48,290 nt of DNA from Candidatus Poribacteria bacterium (GTDB lineage: Bacteria > Poribacteria > WGA-4E > UBA9662): contig JAYZAL010000015.1 in NCBI GenBank assembly GCA_036339735.1, positions 1-48,290 on the forward strand, in the 5' to 3' direction. Made by a program: the position numbers and the translations under genes. The notes under the pieces are model-generated. The model was not told where the DNA came from. It made no database searches and was given only the letters and a program-made list of their open reading frames with translations. Positions 1 through 10,004 of the stretch are shown here, piece by piece. The stretch's first letter is position 1. Each line of letters begins with the position of its first letter.

Positions 1-58
1 CCGAAGACATGCCGCTTCTGAACAAATAAGTTAAGTCGTTGTACGTAAACTAACTATC

Positions 59-703
59 TTATTCTTTTCCTTTGGTTGTAAACTTGATAGTTCCACCTTC
101 TAGAGCGTTACCAGCAGCATCCTTAACACCACCAATGGTAATGACATAGGTAGTTTCGTTAGCCAACGTCTTTCCAGCCAACATAGTCAGAGAGACTTTC
201 TTGCCTTCCCAGGCGGCTTCGGTTCCAATTACGTCTCCGCCTTCCGGCTTCAACTCAACTGTACCCTGACTAACTTCTTCACTAAACTCGATCACGATAC
301 CTTTTTCGTTAAGCGGTGCAGGGTCGACGTCTTTTGCGCCATTCTTTACGTTACCACCAGACACCTTAGGAGCGGTCTTGTCGGCAGCCTTGAGCTTGTA
401 GGTCAAAGCTTGTGGCCCGCCATCAGAACCGTCTTTATTTTTCCACGTAATATTCAAACTGGCGGCTACTGGGATGGTCCAGTTTTTACCACTTCCGGTG
501 GCTCCTGCTACGGACTCAACAGGCTGGTCGAACGCTAGAGCGATCGTCGCATTAGCAGCAACTTCGCTACCAGATGGAGGGGTTGCAGTAACGGCCGTGG
601 CCGGGGCTGGACCCTCGTCTTCTTCATCGTCTCCACAGCCTAGGGAGAATGCGGCAATCAAAACCGCCATCATCAATGCCAAAGCTCTCAAAGTTTTTTG
701 CAT
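59..703 (-). CDS. Lipoprotein with bacterial Ig-like (Big_5/SbsA-like) domains
   Basis: Signal peptide ending in lipobox-like SLGC, then an acidic linker. Two Ig-like repeats ('IALAFDQPV', 'IVIEFSEEV ... TYVITIGGVKDAAGN ... FTT'). Confidence 0.75.
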   Translation of the reverse strand: MQKTLRALALMMAVLIAAFSLGCGDDEEDEGPAPATAVTATPPSGSEVAANATIALAFDQPVESVAGATGSGKNWTIPVAASLNITWKNKDGSDGGPQALTYKLKAADKTAPKVSGGNVKNGAKDVDPAPLNEKGIVIEFSEEVSQGTVELKPEGGDVIGTEAAWEGKKVSLTMLAGKTLANETTYVITIGGVKDAAGNALEGGTIKFTTKGKE

Positions 704-851
704 CTTTGCTAATACTCCTTACAAAAAAATACAAATAGTGTTATAGAAGTGAAATCGTTAGGTTGATACGTCTGTTCTCAAACCGGAACCAGCCGGGGAC
801 TATGCCTCTGAGAACCTCCAATTGTAAAGCACCGTAAGAATTTCGATGCAT

Positions 852-880
852 AGTCTAACAGGGTTAGTTTCTTTTGTAAA
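852..880 (-). promoter_or_regulatory. Sigma70-like promoter for the lipoprotein gene
   Basis: Minus strand TTTACA-17-TAGACT, with TG one base upstream of the -10. Confidence 0.4.
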
Positions 881-961
881 GGTAAAACTTCAGTTTTTTT
901 TTAGAAAAAAATACAAGCTCTGTATTTTCAATCATTAAAAGCTCCACAACGACATAATGAA

Positions 962-1936
962 CTAAAACAAGCCCATCTGTTCACCTTGTATATAAGTGGC
1001 CTGAAATTCGGAAGTAGTAGCGGAGTTAGTGAATGACTCTACAAATTCTGCTAACCCGTTAAACGGGACCGAAATAGCTCCCGATTTGATCAACTGGCTA
1101 CAGCCCTTTGCCAAATAATCGGCCCGGTCCCCCCAGTCGACAGCACAAACGAACCGTCCTTGCTCACGTGCAAAACTGGCAGCTCTTAGTATCTCCTCGT
1201 CATCTACCGACGATTCAACAACGATAGTCGCGATTGATAAACCTGTAGTCATTCGGTGCCGAGCTAATAAATTAGCTGTAGATAATGAGGCCGGAAAAAT
1301 ATGCTCTGAAAATAAAACTCCTCTTCTTTGAATTTGAAGGGATAAGGACTCATTTTCTGGCGGGTAAACCGATAGGAGGTCGGTTGGTAAAACAGCGCAT
1401 GTCAGACCATCGCAAGCCAAAGCAGTAGTATGAGCAGTCAGATCAACACCTTTGTCTAGACCACTTGCAATCGTATATCCTGATTGCACTAGTGAGTTAG
1501 TCAACTCTAAAGTGACAGCAATACCCTCAGCGGTCGGCGTACGGGTCCCCAATATAGCTACTGTTGGCTTCTGAACGGACTTCAAGTCTCCTTGGCAAGC
1601 TAAAGCGATCGGAGCATTCGAAATCTGTTTGAGTTGCTCAGGATAAGCAGTCTCCTGCCAAGTGATGACCTGAATCCCTTGAGATTCATACCAATCAATA
1701 TGATGGCGCAAGTCGGATAAACCGATTCGAGCCTTTTGTACTTTGGCTGCTAATAACGGATCGAACAGAGGCAATCGAGCAATTTCCGTTAAATCAGCCG
1801 AGAACGCGGCTTCAAGGGTTTCAAATTGTCGCAAGAGGTAACGAATGCGAATTGGTCCAATACCTTCGATACCCGCCAAAGCTAACCAGAATTCCTTACC
1901 TGTTTGTCTAGTTTTTTTTTCTGCTGATTGTGTCAT
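962..1936 (-). CDS. dprA: DNA-processing protein DprA/Smf-like (divergent)
   Basis: N-terminal HhH/SAM-like 'GIEGIGP', then 'YPEQLKQISNAP', 'VAILGTR', 'IASGLDKGVDLTAH', 'YPPEN', 'TIVVES'. Start taken at ATG 1936, which avoids overlap with the upstream gene. Confidence 0.8.
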   Translation of the reverse strand: MTQSAEKKTRQTGKEFWLALAGIEGIGPIRIRYLLRQFETLEAAFSADLTEIARLPLFDPLLAAKVQKARIGLSDLRHHIDWYESQGIQVITWQETAYPEQLKQISNAPIALACQGDLKSVQKPTVAILGTRTPTAEGIAVTLELTNSLVQSGYTIASGLDKGVDLTAHTTALACDGLTCAVLPTDLLSVYPPENESLSLQIQRRGVLFSEHIFPASLSTANLLARHRMTTGLSIATIVVESSVDDEEILRAASFAREQGRFVCAVDWGDRADYLAKGCSQLIKSGAISVPFNGLAEFVESFTNSATTSEFQATYIQGEQMGLF

Positions 1937-1952
1937 CTTGACAATTTTGCAT

Positions 1953-3497
1953 CTAGTCAGAATTATACTGCTCAATAACCTCCGTGACCTGATCAAATTT
2001 TGGCTTCAAAACAGGATAAAGATCGCGGTAGATTCGGTAGTATTGTTCGTAGATTTCTACATGATCTGAAATTGGATCAGTCTGAGAAGTAATCTTAACA
2101 ATTTGGTCGGTTGCGGATTCTACACTGGTATAGACACCTGTACCAACACCGGCGAGAATCGCAGCTCCGAACGCTGGCCCTTCTTCGATATTAATCGTGA
2201 CAATCTCCGCTTGATAGATATCGGCTTGCATTTGTCGCCACAGAGTAGACCTGGAGCCACCACCAGTTGCGTAAATTTGGTCAACGGTCGTTCCCAAACC
2301 TCTAATTAATTCAAGTGAGTCTCTCATACCATAGGTAACACCTTCCATTACCGATCGAATTAAGTGTGAGCGTTGATGACGAAGCGTCAAACCAAAAAAA
2401 TTGGCTTTTGCGTTAGCGTCCGCATGTGGTGTTCGCTCACCGGTCAAGTAGGGTAAAAAAATTAGACCTTCACTTCCCACTGGGGCATTTTCTGCTTGTG
2501 CCCCAAGCAGATCGTAAGCATCAGTGCCATTTGCTTTAGCTTCGACTAACTCTCGTTGGGCTATTGTATCCCTAAACCAACGATATGCACCACCAGCGGA
2601 TAGCATTACCCCCATTATATAGCACTTATTCGGAACGGAATGACAAAAACTATGCAGCCTTAAATCAGGATCCACTCTAACTTGATCACTATGAGCTAAC
2701 ACTACTCCCGATGTTCCTAAACTAGCGGAAACACGCCCTTCTTTGACAATCCCATTACCGACTGCACTACACGCATTATCTGCCCCCCCTCCAACAACCG
2801 GAGTACCTGCTAGCAAACCGGTAATTTCGGCGACACTCGGTGTGATTTTCCCACACACATCGATTGACTCGTAAGTGGGCGGTAAGAGATCGGAGTTGAG
2901 ATCTAATTTATCTAAAACAGCTTGAGACCATTGTCTTTCTGCGACATCAAACAGCAAGGTTCCGGCTGCATCAGACACCTCCATCGAAATTTCCCCAGTC
3001 AATCGAAACCGGACGTAATCTTTGGGTAGAAGAATATTCGCAGTTTGCTCGTAAATCTCAGGCTCTTGGTCTCTTACCCAAATTATTTTCGGCGCTGTAA
3101 ATCCTTCTAATACCGGATTACAAGTGCTTTGGGTCAGAATCTTGGTGCCAACAGTTTCCCTAATGTATTCGCACTGATCACTTGTACGCACATCGCACCA
3201 GAGTATGGAAGGCCTCAAAACTTGATGTTTTTTGTCCATAATTACCAAACCATGCATTTGACCGGACAAACCAATACCTTTAATATCTGCGTTATTGATT
3301 TCAGCCTTTTCTATCACTTCTCTAATTGTGTTAACTGTAGCTTTCCACCAATCTTCCGGCTCTTGTTCAGCCCATTTGGGGTGAGGGGTATACAACGGAT
3401 ATTCTTCTAACGCGCTAGCTAATTGATTCCCTTTCTCGTCGACTAAAATTGTTTTTGTTCCAGTAGTTCCAATATCAATTCCAATCAGATAAGACAT
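1953..3497 (-). CDS. xylB: Xylulokinase (FGGY carbohydrate kinase)
   Basis: Motifs 'GIDIGTTGTK', 'GLSGQMHG', 'LLPKDYVRFRLTG', 'GGGADNA', 'SLGTSG', 'FLPYLTGERTPH'. ATG 3497 is preceded by GGAGG. Confidence 0.9.
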   Translation of the reverse strand: MSYLIGIDIGTTGTKTILVDEKGNQLASALEEYPLYTPHPKWAEQEPEDWWKATVNTIREVIEKAEINNADIKGIGLSGQMHGLVIMDKKHQVLRPSILWCDVRTSDQCEYIRETVGTKILTQSTCNPVLEGFTAPKIIWVRDQEPEIYEQTANILLPKDYVRFRLTGEISMEVSDAAGTLLFDVAERQWSQAVLDKLDLNSDLLPPTYESIDVCGKITPSVAEITGLLAGTPVVGGGADNACSAVGNGIVKEGRVSASLGTSGVVLAHSDQVRVDPDLRLHSFCHSVPNKCYIMGVMLSAGGAYRWFRDTIAQRELVEAKANGTDAYDLLGAQAENAPVGSEGLIFLPYLTGERTPHADANAKANFFGLTLRHQRSHLIRSVMEGVTYGMRDSLELIRGLGTTVDQIYATGGGSRSTLWRQMQADIYQAEIVTINIEEGPAFGAAILAGVGTGVYTSVESATDQIVKITSQTDPISDHVEIYEQYYRIYRDLYPVLKPKFDQVTEVIEQYNSD

Positions 3498-3498
3498 A

Positions 3499-6400
3499 TT
3501 ATTCCTCCTTGACTCTACTTGTTTCCGACAATTTTTCAAGTTGTTTTAATGTTTTTTCTAACTGATTTAATTTTTCCCCGTAGGTCGACCAATTCCCCAA
3601 CCGCTGAGCTTCCACAGCCTCTTGGAAAACCAGATTAGCACGCTCTACTAAATGAAATTGGTTATCAAAAATTGACGCATCATTATCTAATTTAGTGGAT
3701 ATATCTCCTAAAACTGGAGTTGGTCGTACTAACTCCTCAGTATTGACATTGAACAATTTTCGTAAAGCTAAATCTAATGTCTGTCCCCATTCTACTTTTT
3801 CTTTGTAGCCAACTACCACTTGCCTAAGTTCTGGGATTGCTGATTCTTCGTTTTCCGATTGAATATAAATTGGTTCTACATACAACAGAGCATCACTAAT
3901 TGGAATGACTAGTAAATTTCCCCTTAGCACTCGTGAGCCTTGTGTATTCCACAAACTAATCTGTTGTGAAATTTCACCTTTTTGATCGATAAAACTCTCC
4001 ACCTGCATGGGACCAGAAGCTAATTTCCCTTTAGGAAATCGGTACAAAAGTAATTGCCCGTAATGCTCTTGGTCACAACGAGCAGCCATCCACGCAGTCA
4101 AGTTCGGTTTGTCTTTGGGGGTAAATGGTAACATTAGAACAAACTCTGCTGCCTCTTCTCCTGGCACTTTGACTATAACATAATATGGGGCAACTTCTTG
4201 AGTGTCGCTGGATGCCACCGGCTGAACAGGCATAGTTGGAATCCCAAACTGGGAAGGCAATTGGGGCTGTGTATTTGGTGAGCGTGAAGTCCGACTATAA
4301 ATTTCCTGGCCAACTTGCCATTGATCTTCTTTCGCATAAAACGTAGTAGGATCCTTCATATGATAATCTAAATAGGCTTTTGCTTGGATTGAAAAGAGTG
4401 TCATCGGATAACGGATGTGCTCTTGTAAGTCGGGCGGCATCTCACTTATCGGTTTCAGCAAATCCGGAAAAATTTGATCATAGCAAAGAGCCAGTGGATC
4501 CTCTTTATCGTCCATTAAATAAAAACTGACCACACCGTCATAAGCGTCAACTGTGACTTTCACTGAGTTCCGAATATAATTACCCCAAGGGGTTTCTCCT
4601 GCTGGCGTACGTAGCCGACGCGCTTGACCAGTACCCTGTCGTTCAGCAATAGCTGATCTGATTTGGTGTTGCATGGGTGTTGCATATGGATAAAGATGAG
4701 TAGTAGTATAGGCATCTAACATCCAAACCAATCGATCGCCATGAATAACTAAATACGGGTCTTGGTCATAGTGAAGAAACGGAGCAATCTTTCGAACTCG
4801 CGCCATAATATTACGATGGTATAAAACCCGACTTTTAGGGCCAATTCGTCCCTTCAACACAAATTTAATTTCATTATCAAATTTGAGCGCGTAGATGACT
4901 TGTCGCCAGATCGAAGACAATTCCACTCCACCGACCCCTTGATAGGTATATTTTTGGTACCGCTGCTGGTCAAGAGGATAATCGAACTCGAGATCTTCAT
5001 TCTGACCTGGATGAACGATGATGTAGTGTTCATTTAGATTATTGTTATAAAAGCCACCCTCACCATAGTAAATTCTGGGTTCAAAATCCGTAGAAAATTG
5101 ATCAGACCATTCTGATTCAAAGTTAATTGGATTCATGTCTCGAATATACATTTTTGGCTTTCCATCGTCGTTAATTCCATCGCTATCCGTTTCTGATACC
5201 GGACTCATCACTAACCCATACCCATGTGTATAAACATAGGTCCGCTTGAACCAATCCGTTGCAATACCAGGCATATCATCGACATTTAGCTCACGTGCCG
5301 ACAGCATCACTTGTTTGAGACCATCACCCATTCTGTACCGGTCAACACCAACTCTAATGAAATCGTATTGTGGTCGAAGTTCTTGCAATTGTCGATAGGT
5401 TCGGCGAAGTGGACGCCAGTCCCACAAGCGTATGTTTTGCATAACCTCGCGATTAACCGAATGATAAAGTTGATCGTAGCCCAACCGGCTTTCCAACGGA
5501 CGTTCTTGTTCAGAAACAACATCATCTTCCAAATTGTAAGCATGAAGTGTCGCTTTGATATTGTAGTTGATATACTCTGTTTCCAAATCTTGAGCATTTG
5601 GATTGACTCGAAACTCTTGTACAAATGATGGATACATGTTACCAAGAAAGCCGATAACTAACAGAAATGCTAAACCAATTAAGGCATACCGTCCTAGCTT
5701 TACAAATAGACTAATAAAGAAACTTAAGCTACTGACTACTGACAGCACCATCATAATCCGCAATACAGGAAGGCGAGCATGAATATCCGCATATCCGCCA
5801 CCACCTTTAAAGTTTTTGTTACTTGCCAAATAGAGTAGATCGTACATCATAAACTGGTGTTGCCAAGCATAGGCAGCCAGTGCTAGGCCAACCAAAGTAA
5901 ATAAGTGGAATTTAACTTTTGCCGGTGGTTCCAGCTGGTTTCGATCGCTAAACAGTGAACCATGAAAGAAATAGATTATGCCTGTTACCAAAGTCATTAA
6001 AATCAACAACCCAAGTATATTGCCACAGATATATCTTAGAAATGGAAGACGAAAGATATAAAAGCTAATTGGTTTACCGAATACCGGGTCCCGAGTTGGA
6101 GCATATAGAATAGTCCGATCAGGTTTGTCGATACTCTCGATTGGTCGATCAAGAGCAATACGACACACATCGGTGGATGAATCGAGATCTTCGATGGTGG
6201 CGGTTTGTTCGTCGGTTCCATTGGTTATTTTGACGACATCACCACTTTGTATTCCTTTAGCCTTAAGGTCATTTGTAGGAATGATGATCGTTGATTGATT
6301 ATCCGGGTCTATTTCTAATTTCGTTGCTGAATGAAAAGTAAGGGAATTGACATCAAAATAGCGAAGGAAAATCTCCCAACGGTCACTAGCAGAATAACCA

Positions 6401-6753
6401 GACAATAGACTATAAGCTACGGAAAAAACACACAGTACACCGTAGACCAACTTCCGTAAATCAAAATCAATTCCGCTACCTATAGGAATAGCATCTAGGA
6501 TTTCAGGGTTAAATCGACTTGGTGAAAATCGCCAGATTAGGTAAAGATTACCCAAGGTGATGATGAGAAAAATAAGTGTAGTCAGACTACCAACCGAGAT
6601 TTTAGTAAAAAGAATTTTACTAAAAACAGTTGAGTAACCAACCATTTCGAACCAGAGCAAATCTGGATAAATTTTGACCAAAACTGAGACTAGTCCTATC
6701 AGGAATATCGCGGCACACAGAAAAATTAGGCTTCTAAAATTACTTCGTTCCAT
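3499..6753 (-). CDS. UPF0182 family membrane protein
   Basis: N-terminal TM helices, then 'DLLWF', 'DPVFG', 'NIRLWD', 'YTHGYG', 'PRIYYGE', 'NYIRNSVK', 'RGNLLVIP ... YVEPIY'. Confidence 0.9.
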   Translation of the reverse strand: MERSNFRSLIFLCAAIFLIGLVSVLVKIYPDLLWFEMVGYSTVFSKILFTKISVGSLTTLIFLIITLGNLYLIWRFSPSRFNPEILDAIPIGSGIDFDLRKLVYGVLCVFSVAYSLLSGYSASDRWEIFLRYFDVNSLTFHSATKLEIDPDNQSTIIIPTNDLKAKGIQSGDVVKITNGTDEQTATIEDLDSSTDVCRIALDRPIESIDKPDRTILYAPTRDPVFGKPISFYIFRLPFLRYICGNILGLLILMTLVTGIIYFFHGSLFSDRNQLEPPAKVKFHLFTLVGLALAAYAWQHQFMMYDLLYLASNKNFKGGGGYADIHARLPVLRIMMVLSVVSSLSFFISLFVKLGRYALIGLAFLLVIGFLGNMYPSFVQEFRVNPNAQDLETEYINYNIKATLHAYNLEDDVVSEQERPLESRLGYDQLYHSVNREVMQNIRLWDWRPLRRTYRQLQELRPQYDFIRVGVDRYRMGDGLKQVMLSARELNVDDMPGIATDWFKRTYVYTHGYGLVMSPVSETDSDGINDDGKPKMYIRDMNPINFESEWSDQFSTDFEPRIYYGEGGFYNNNLNEHYIIVHPGQNEDLEFDYPLDQQRYQKYTYQGVGGVELSSIWRQVIYALKFDNEIKFVLKGRIGPKSRVLYHRNIMARVRKIAPFLHYDQDPYLVIHGDRLVWMLDAYTTTHLYPYATPMQHQIRSAIAERQGTGQARRLRTPAGETPWGNYIRNSVKVTVDAYDGVVSFYLMDDKEDPLALCYDQIFPDLLKPISEMPPDLQEHIRYPMTLFSIQAKAYLDYHMKDPTTFYAKEDQWQVGQEIYSRTSRSPNTQPQLPSQFGIPTMPVQPVASSDTQEVAPYYVIVKVPGEEAAEFVLMLPFTPKDKPNLTAWMAARCDQEHYGQLLLYRFPKGKLASGPMQVESFIDQKGEISQQISLWNTQGSRVLRGNLLVIPISDALLYVEPIYIQSENEESAIPELRQVVVGYKEKVEWGQTLDLALRKLFNVNTEELVRPTPVLGDISTKLDNDASIFDNQFHLVERANLVFQEAVEAQRLGNWSTYGEKLNQLEKTLKQLEKLSETSRVKEE

Positions 6754-6768
6754 ATTCTATATCCAATG

Positions 6769-9717
6769 TTAAAAGGTTTGACCTAAGCCAAAGTGGTAAA
6801 CGGGTTTTGCTTGAACCGTCAGCAAGTTAGTTCGTTTAGCAATGGCAAAATCGAGTGAAAAGTACCCTAGCCTGAGCCTCATTCCTAATCCTAACGAGCC
6901 TTTAATATCGTCGAGGTAGTAACCATTCCGTCCTTTTTGGAATGGTTGATAAGTATTCTGTTTGTTGAATTCGAACGGAGACCATACGGTCCCAAAATCG
7001 GCAAAAGCCATGCCACGGACTCCACCGATTGAAAACAAAAAAGGCCAGGCTAAACGTATTTCATCAATTAAAGGGACGCGCAACTCAAAGTTTATCAAGC
7101 CCATTCGAGTACCGATAAAAGCCTCATAACTATACCCTCGCAGAGTATCGATACCACCTAGATAGAAGAGCGATTGATCTTGACCGAAACTGCTCCCTAA
7201 GAAAGTCCGCATGGCAAAACTAGAACGACGACCTAGCCTAAAGTATTTCCGAATATCAAAGACGATCGTTGTAAGATCGAGGTCGCTACCAACTTGGTTA
7301 AATGATTTCTCTAGAGTTAATTTCATCCGATGACCGGTAAAAGGACCAGCCGAGTTCCATATCGTAGTATCACTAACAAGAGATGCAATACCTAAAAACA
7401 GTAACCCCCTCTCTTGATCGTGAGAATTAAAGCTTGGTCTAGGGAGGTAATAGTTGTAGGAAAAAGGGGTCGTATAAATCTGGGTTTGTAGATCTAGTCG
7501 GTGATAACGATTAAATGGGTAACTGACATAACTTCCTAAGCCTGTGATACGTTGAAATACACCACCTCGGCTGCGAGTTGATCCAAACAGATGATATTGA
7601 TGATAGTTGAAAATGGAAACACCAAAATCAGCTTTCCTCGGAAAGTAACCGTAATTAGCGACAAAATCAGGCATATAAAATTGGGTTTCACCATAGACTG
7701 ACTGTCTTATTGTTGAATGATTAGACATGCTGACAGCGAAACGATGATTCCCCATCATATCACTAGCAATCATATCAGTTGTGTTTCGTAGAATACCATC
7801 AGCGCCTAAATTGAAATCACTAAAAATTGCATCTACCGCCAAGTTAGTTTTGTACTTCCGTTTTGCTACACGCTTAGTTTTTTGTGTTGGGGATATTTCT
7901 CCGGTCGGAGTTTGAGTGATAACAGGTAGGGCCAAATCATCCACAAGTTTTGTGTTCTCTGGTAATAACGGATTATCCGAAGCCAACATGTAAATATCTC
8001 GTTTCCCATTTTGGTATGCCGAGAAGATAATTTTTTTTTCATCAGATGAGAACTGAGGTGTAGAGCAACCTGCCAGTAATTGGCTTAACCGAACTAGCTT
8101 AGGGCTTTCGGCTGCTTGTTCGTTTTTGCAAGATAAATCAAGTGTAAACAAGTCGAATACACCACTTATATCAGCACAAAAAAGTAGTTTTTCGCCTTCT
8201 ATTGACCAACTTGGTGTTGCCACATTGTGCTGCCCAATATCAACTAATCGCTTTGTTTTACTTTCAATATCCAAGATTACAAGTTGATCTCGCCCAGACC
8301 GCTCTGAGACGTAGGCGATCAATCCCTTAGTTGGGTGCCAAACTGGTGATTGGTCATTAAAGGGGTCTTTGGTAAGATAATCAATTTTATGTTTAACCAA
8401 ATCCAATACAAAAAGGTCCGTCTGCCCATTTTTAAGTGCAGAAAATACAATCTTTTCGCCTGTCGCATTGTAGCTAGGAGACTGAACTGAATCAAATTCC
8501 AAGCGAATACGAGTTTCCAGTTTTTTAGTAACCACATTGATAATCAGAATATACATCTCAGACCGATGATTAACAAAAAATGCAATTCGGTTACCATCTG
8601 GGGACCAAGATAATGCGCGCCCCTCCGTTCGGATTTCTTCGTATTTGCTACGAAAGAAAGATCTACTAACTCGGAATAGCTGTTTCCCATCCTTAGTCGA
8701 AGATAAAACAATTTCACTGAAACCAGCGTTACCAGTTATACAAGCCACTAAATCACCGCTTGGTGAAAAAGCCGGCTGGATACTGTGAGAATACTTGCTA
8801 TCTTTTGTCAAATTCTTAGCCACATCTTGCGGATAAGCTCTGCTCTGTACCAGAGGGAAATATTGTTTTTTAATCGATCTCTGCCATTTCTCGTCGAATT
8901 CTTCTAGGGATATCCCTATCACCGTTTTCATTGATTGGTTCAGGTCTTTGGTACGACTTTGACGAAGTTCATGCATTAATTCACCAATCTTTTCTCGACC
9001 ATAATTATCGACCAAGTAACCAACGGCTGATTGCCCGATTTTATAACCCAAGTAAACCTGCGGGCCTAAAATGTAAAAATTTTCCAAATCAGTAAGGGAG
9101 GGAATTTGATTGTTCACACAGGCATCTCGAAGGACCATTTTGCCTACTGCGTCAACATCATTAGCCAAATAATCAGCAGCTCCTTCAATAAACCAGATTG
9201 GGGCACTGTATAGAAATTCTCCACTGTAAATACGAGCGAATGGCTTTTGATAAATGATATCATATTGGAAAATGTGGACCAGTTCGTGGAATATAACCTC
9301 TCGGAAGTCTCGTAATGAGCCAGTAAAAGGGATTACCACTCGTCTTTTGAATATTTCAGCGAACCCACCTACCCCTTCACTTAACTCATCCAGAATGATG
9401 TTAGTATCGCGAAAGTCAACGTGAGACTGATATAAAATCAGTGGTGTTCTGCTGGAGAGTTGGTGCTGAAGGTCTTGGCTATGTTGCTCGTAGGCTTCTT
9501 CAGCGATGTTTGCCATGAGAGTTACTAGGCGCGAAGATCCTTCATAGTAGTAGATGTCAAAATGATCGGTTCGGTGTATCTGCCAATCGTACTGCTGACG
9601 AGTTACTTTGTTCTTACCGAAGTACTGAGCTACAGCCGGATTATAAGTTAGCAGAAACAGAACGGCTAGAACAAAAAAAAACAGGTGGGAAAGTATGGGT
9701 CTAATCGTTCGAACCAA
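6769..9717 (-). CDS. Omp85/BamA-TamA family outer-membrane protein with N-terminal HExxH peptidase-like domain and TolB/PD40 propeller
   Basis: Signal peptide, 'FGKNKV', 'HELVH ... WFIEG', repeated 'P(S/A/V)(W/F)S' PD40 motifs, 'LGGIDTLRGY' (Omp85 loop 6) and terminal 'FGLGQTF'. Confidence 0.85.
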   Translation of the reverse strand: MVRTIRPILSHLFFFVLAVLFLLTYNPAVAQYFGKNKVTRQQYDWQIHRTDHFDIYYYEGSSRLVTLMANIAEEAYEQHSQDLQHQLSSRTPLILYQSHVDFRDTNIILDELSEGVGGFAEIFKRRVVIPFTGSLRDFREVIFHELVHIFQYDIIYQKPFARIYSGEFLYSAPIWFIEGAADYLANDVDAVGKMVLRDACVNNQIPSLTDLENFYILGPQVYLGYKIGQSAVGYLVDNYGREKIGELMHELRQSRTKDLNQSMKTVIGISLEEFDEKWQRSIKKQYFPLVQSRAYPQDVAKNLTKDSKYSHSIQPAFSPSGDLVACITGNAGFSEIVLSSTKDGKQLFRVSRSFFRSKYEEIRTEGRALSWSPDGNRIAFFVNHRSEMYILIINVVTKKLETRIRLEFDSVQSPSYNATGEKIVFSALKNGQTDLFVLDLVKHKIDYLTKDPFNDQSPVWHPTKGLIAYVSERSGRDQLVILDIESKTKRLVDIGQHNVATPSWSIEGEKLLFCADISGVFDLFTLDLSCKNEQAAESPKLVRLSQLLAGCSTPQFSSDEKKIIFSAYQNGKRDIYMLASDNPLLPENTKLVDDLALPVITQTPTGEISPTQKTKRVAKRKYKTNLAVDAIFSDFNLGADGILRNTTDMIASDMMGNHRFAVSMSNHSTIRQSVYGETQFYMPDFVANYGYFPRKADFGVSIFNYHQYHLFGSTRSRGGVFQRITGLGSYVSYPFNRYHRLDLQTQIYTTPFSYNYYLPRPSFNSHDQERGLLFLGIASLVSDTTIWNSAGPFTGHRMKLTLEKSFNQVGSDLDLTTIVFDIRKYFRLGRRSSFAMRTFLGSSFGQDQSLFYLGGIDTLRGYSYEAFIGTRMGLINFELRVPLIDEIRLAWPFLFSIGGVRGMAFADFGTVWSPFEFNKQNTYQPFQKGRNGYYLDDIKGSLGLGMRLRLGYFSLDFAIAKRTNLLTVQAKPVYHFGLGQTF

Positions 9718-9743
9718 TTTATAGGCTCCACGGATCTGTGCCT

Positions 9744-9772
9744 ATTCTACATTTGGCCGTTGAGATTATCAA
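9744..9772 (-). promoter_or_regulatory. Sigma70-like promoter for the Omp85/UPF0182/xylB/dprA run
   Basis: Minus strand TTGATA-17-TAGAAT just upstream of four tightly spaced minus-strand genes. Confidence 0.55.
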
Positions 9773-10004
9773 GCCAAAAGCTATTGTCAGTCTGGCTTAC
9801 CAGACAGCATGTCATCTGGCAAACTTATACCTGATCAAGATATAATATCCGTTCATTCTCTGTTCCAAAAATAAATTCATTCAACTCGGTTACTAAACTG
9901 ATTAATTTAGATAGGGGTCAGTCATCGACAGTTTAATTTTTCCCGACCGACAGAGCCAACTCCAGAGAAACCGTAATCGATCTCTGTCAGCCATTCTGAT
10001 TTCC

